From positions 544,001 through 608,000 of the forward strand of contig OZ242186.1 in the NCBI GenBank assembly GCA_965205675.1: 64,000 bases of DNA, given 5' to 3'. Below are positions 62,753 to 64,000 of the stretch, piece by piece. How positions within the stretch are numbered: position 1 is the stretch's first letter; each line of letters begins with the position of its first letter. The notes beneath the pieces are model-generated. The model had not been told where the DNA came from, made no database searches, and was given only the letters and a program-made list of their open reading frames with translations. Made by a program: the position numbers and the translations under genes. The stretch comes from Nitrosopumilus sp. (GTDB lineage Archaea; Thermoproteota; Nitrososphaeria; Nitrososphaerales; Nitrosopumilaceae).

Positions 62753-63394
62753 TTAGTTTACTGTGACACTACCGGCCATCCATGGGTGAACTATACAGAA
62801 GTAATTGTGGTTACCTACGTCATTAAAGGTAAATGCAAAAGATGCATCTGCCAGGACTAGGCTACTATCAAATACGCCTGATGGGCCATTAGCTGGACTA
62901 CCGCTTGTAACTGTATGTGCTGCTGTGTCTATGTTCATCCATTCTACTGTATCTCCAGCATTGATTGTGATATCTGCTGGTAAGTAGCATGTATTACTTT
63001 CTTCACATCCTGGAACTGAAGTTCCTGTTGGAATATCAACAACATGTGTCGTTGGTTCTGATGGTTCATCCATCATGGTCTCATCCATCATGGTCTCATC
63101 CATCATGGTCTCATCCATCATGGTCTCATCCATCATGGTCTCATCCATCATGGTCTCATCCATCATGGTCTCATCCATCATGGTCTCATCCATCATGGTC
63201 TCATCCATCATGGTCTCATCCATGTGCATTTCTTCTTCAAGTCCATCAGATGAAACTGTTGGAGTTGAGATTGCTGGAGAATTGTCAACAGAATTTCCTG
63301 CAACTGCAATTCCTACGCCTATTAGCGCAATTGCAATTGAGAATACTATTGCTGCTTTGTCTATATCTGCCATAATTGATCCATGACTTGTCAT
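62753..63394 (-). CDS. Membrane-anchored plastocyanin-like blue copper protein with Met-rich repeat (start uncertain: 63373/63394/63448)
   Basis: TM helix; HTVTSG...YFCIVHPWM type-1 Cu ligands; (TMMDE)10. Confidence 0.9.
   Translation of the reverse strand: MTSHGSIMADIDKAAIVFSIAIALIGVGIAVAGNSVDNSPAISTPTVSSDGLEEEMHMDETMMDETMMDETMMDETMMDETMMDETMMDETMMDETMMDETMMDETMMDEPSEPTTHVVDIPTGTSVPGCEESNTCYLPADITINAGDTVEWMNIDTAAHTVTSGSPANGPSGVFDSSLVLADASFAFTFNDVGNHNYFCIVHPWMAGSVTVN
63066..63223. repeat. Perfect 15-bp tandem repeat x10 plus partial unit
   Basis: Unit tcatccatcatggtc. Confidence 0.97.
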
Positions 63395-63489
63395 ATGGTA
63401 AATAAATCTAATTAATCTCCTCCAATTGTTTATGCCTAAGTTGTACATGTATTGATCCGATCAGACTGGCAAATAGTGTGATTAAAGGT

Positions 63490-63775
63490 AGGCATGGCAA
63501 ATGGAAATGCCATAACGTTTCCAGTATCTGACAGAAAGTATGATGTTCTCATGGAATTAATCACAAAACACACCAGAAAAGATTCGCTATATTATACAGA
63601 TGATTGGATTGTGTATGTATATTTGATAGTGTAAGGAAAGCACAAGGCCATATCTCATGGAATAGATGCAAGTATGTTAGAGGTGATGCTTAGATTAATG
63701 GAATGGAAGTATTTTGAAGTTATGCTAAAACTTGGATGTGTCATTACAGCGGAGGTTCCCAGACAATATTCTGAT
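63490..63775 (+). mobile_element. IS1595-family transposase remnant
   Basis: ITFPVSDRK..YYTDDW..Y..HKAISH..YVRGDA*INGMEVF*SYAK with stops. Confidence 0.75.
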
Positions 63776-63857
63776 CTGTTACAATTTCGAAAAAGTGACT
63801 CTTTTGTCTATATATTTTGAATACTCTATTTATGATCATAGATTGAAAGATGTAGAT

Positions 63858-64000
63858 ATGCTTGAATCTCATGCATTCTTTTCAAAAATAGTAGATGAAT
63901 TAGTTGAATTCTCAGAATATGATCCTGAATTAGCAGATGGGATAAAATGGCTTGATGATCAAGCTCAGAAAAAGGGCATTACCTTCTATGATATGGTTTT
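63858..64000 (+). CDS. Hypothetical protein, 3'-truncated by window edge
   Basis: Open frame MLESHAFFSKIVDELVEFSEYDPELADGIKWLD... Confidence 0.6.
   Translation, partial: MLESHAFFSKIVDELVEFSEYDPELADGIKWLDDQAQKKGITFYDMV

Noticed and set aside
63066-63223. Tandem repeat as a CRISPR array
   Set aside because: Units are contiguous with no spacers, in frame within a CDS, and no cas genes are in the window
62989-63386. Plus-strand ORFs with (WSHPS)n and (MVSSI)n
   Set aside because: Shadow frames of the repeat; the minus-strand cupredoxin has clear Cu ligands

Overview
AT-rich archaeal chromosomal segment. The TBP/TFB pair, rpl40e, archaeal-type ileS, an intron-containing tRNA and the gene content point to an ammonia-oxidising archaeon of the Nitrosopumilaceae (inference). 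Housekeeping blocks include truD, ppa, tbp-tfb, pepF, pdaD, a DEAD-box helicase, sucCD, dps, ileS, folD/purN and uvrBAC. They are interrupted by two IS-rich accessory regions. The first (~22-32 kb, ending at tRNA-Val) holds four IS110 copies or remnants, an intact IS3-family element, and IS1595 and IS5-like scraps. The second (~46-52 kb) holds a tyrosine recombinase and a nested IS630<IS3<IS66 stack. Several host genes are decayed or fragmentary (purD, an Lrp/AsnC gene, an aminotransferase 5' stub, an orphan sdhB fragment). The best candidate for a novel system is an archaeal IS110 recombinase with a downstream two-stem-loop, bridge-RNA-like non-coding region whose loop sequences match IS110 junctions in this window. 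Two diverged copies of this IS110 share an identical frameshift. Also notable: an ~11 kb block with inverted strand/codon skew, an orphan GC-rich structured RNA candidate, and a cupredoxin with a (TMMDE)10 tract. All calls are from manual reading; no searches were run.
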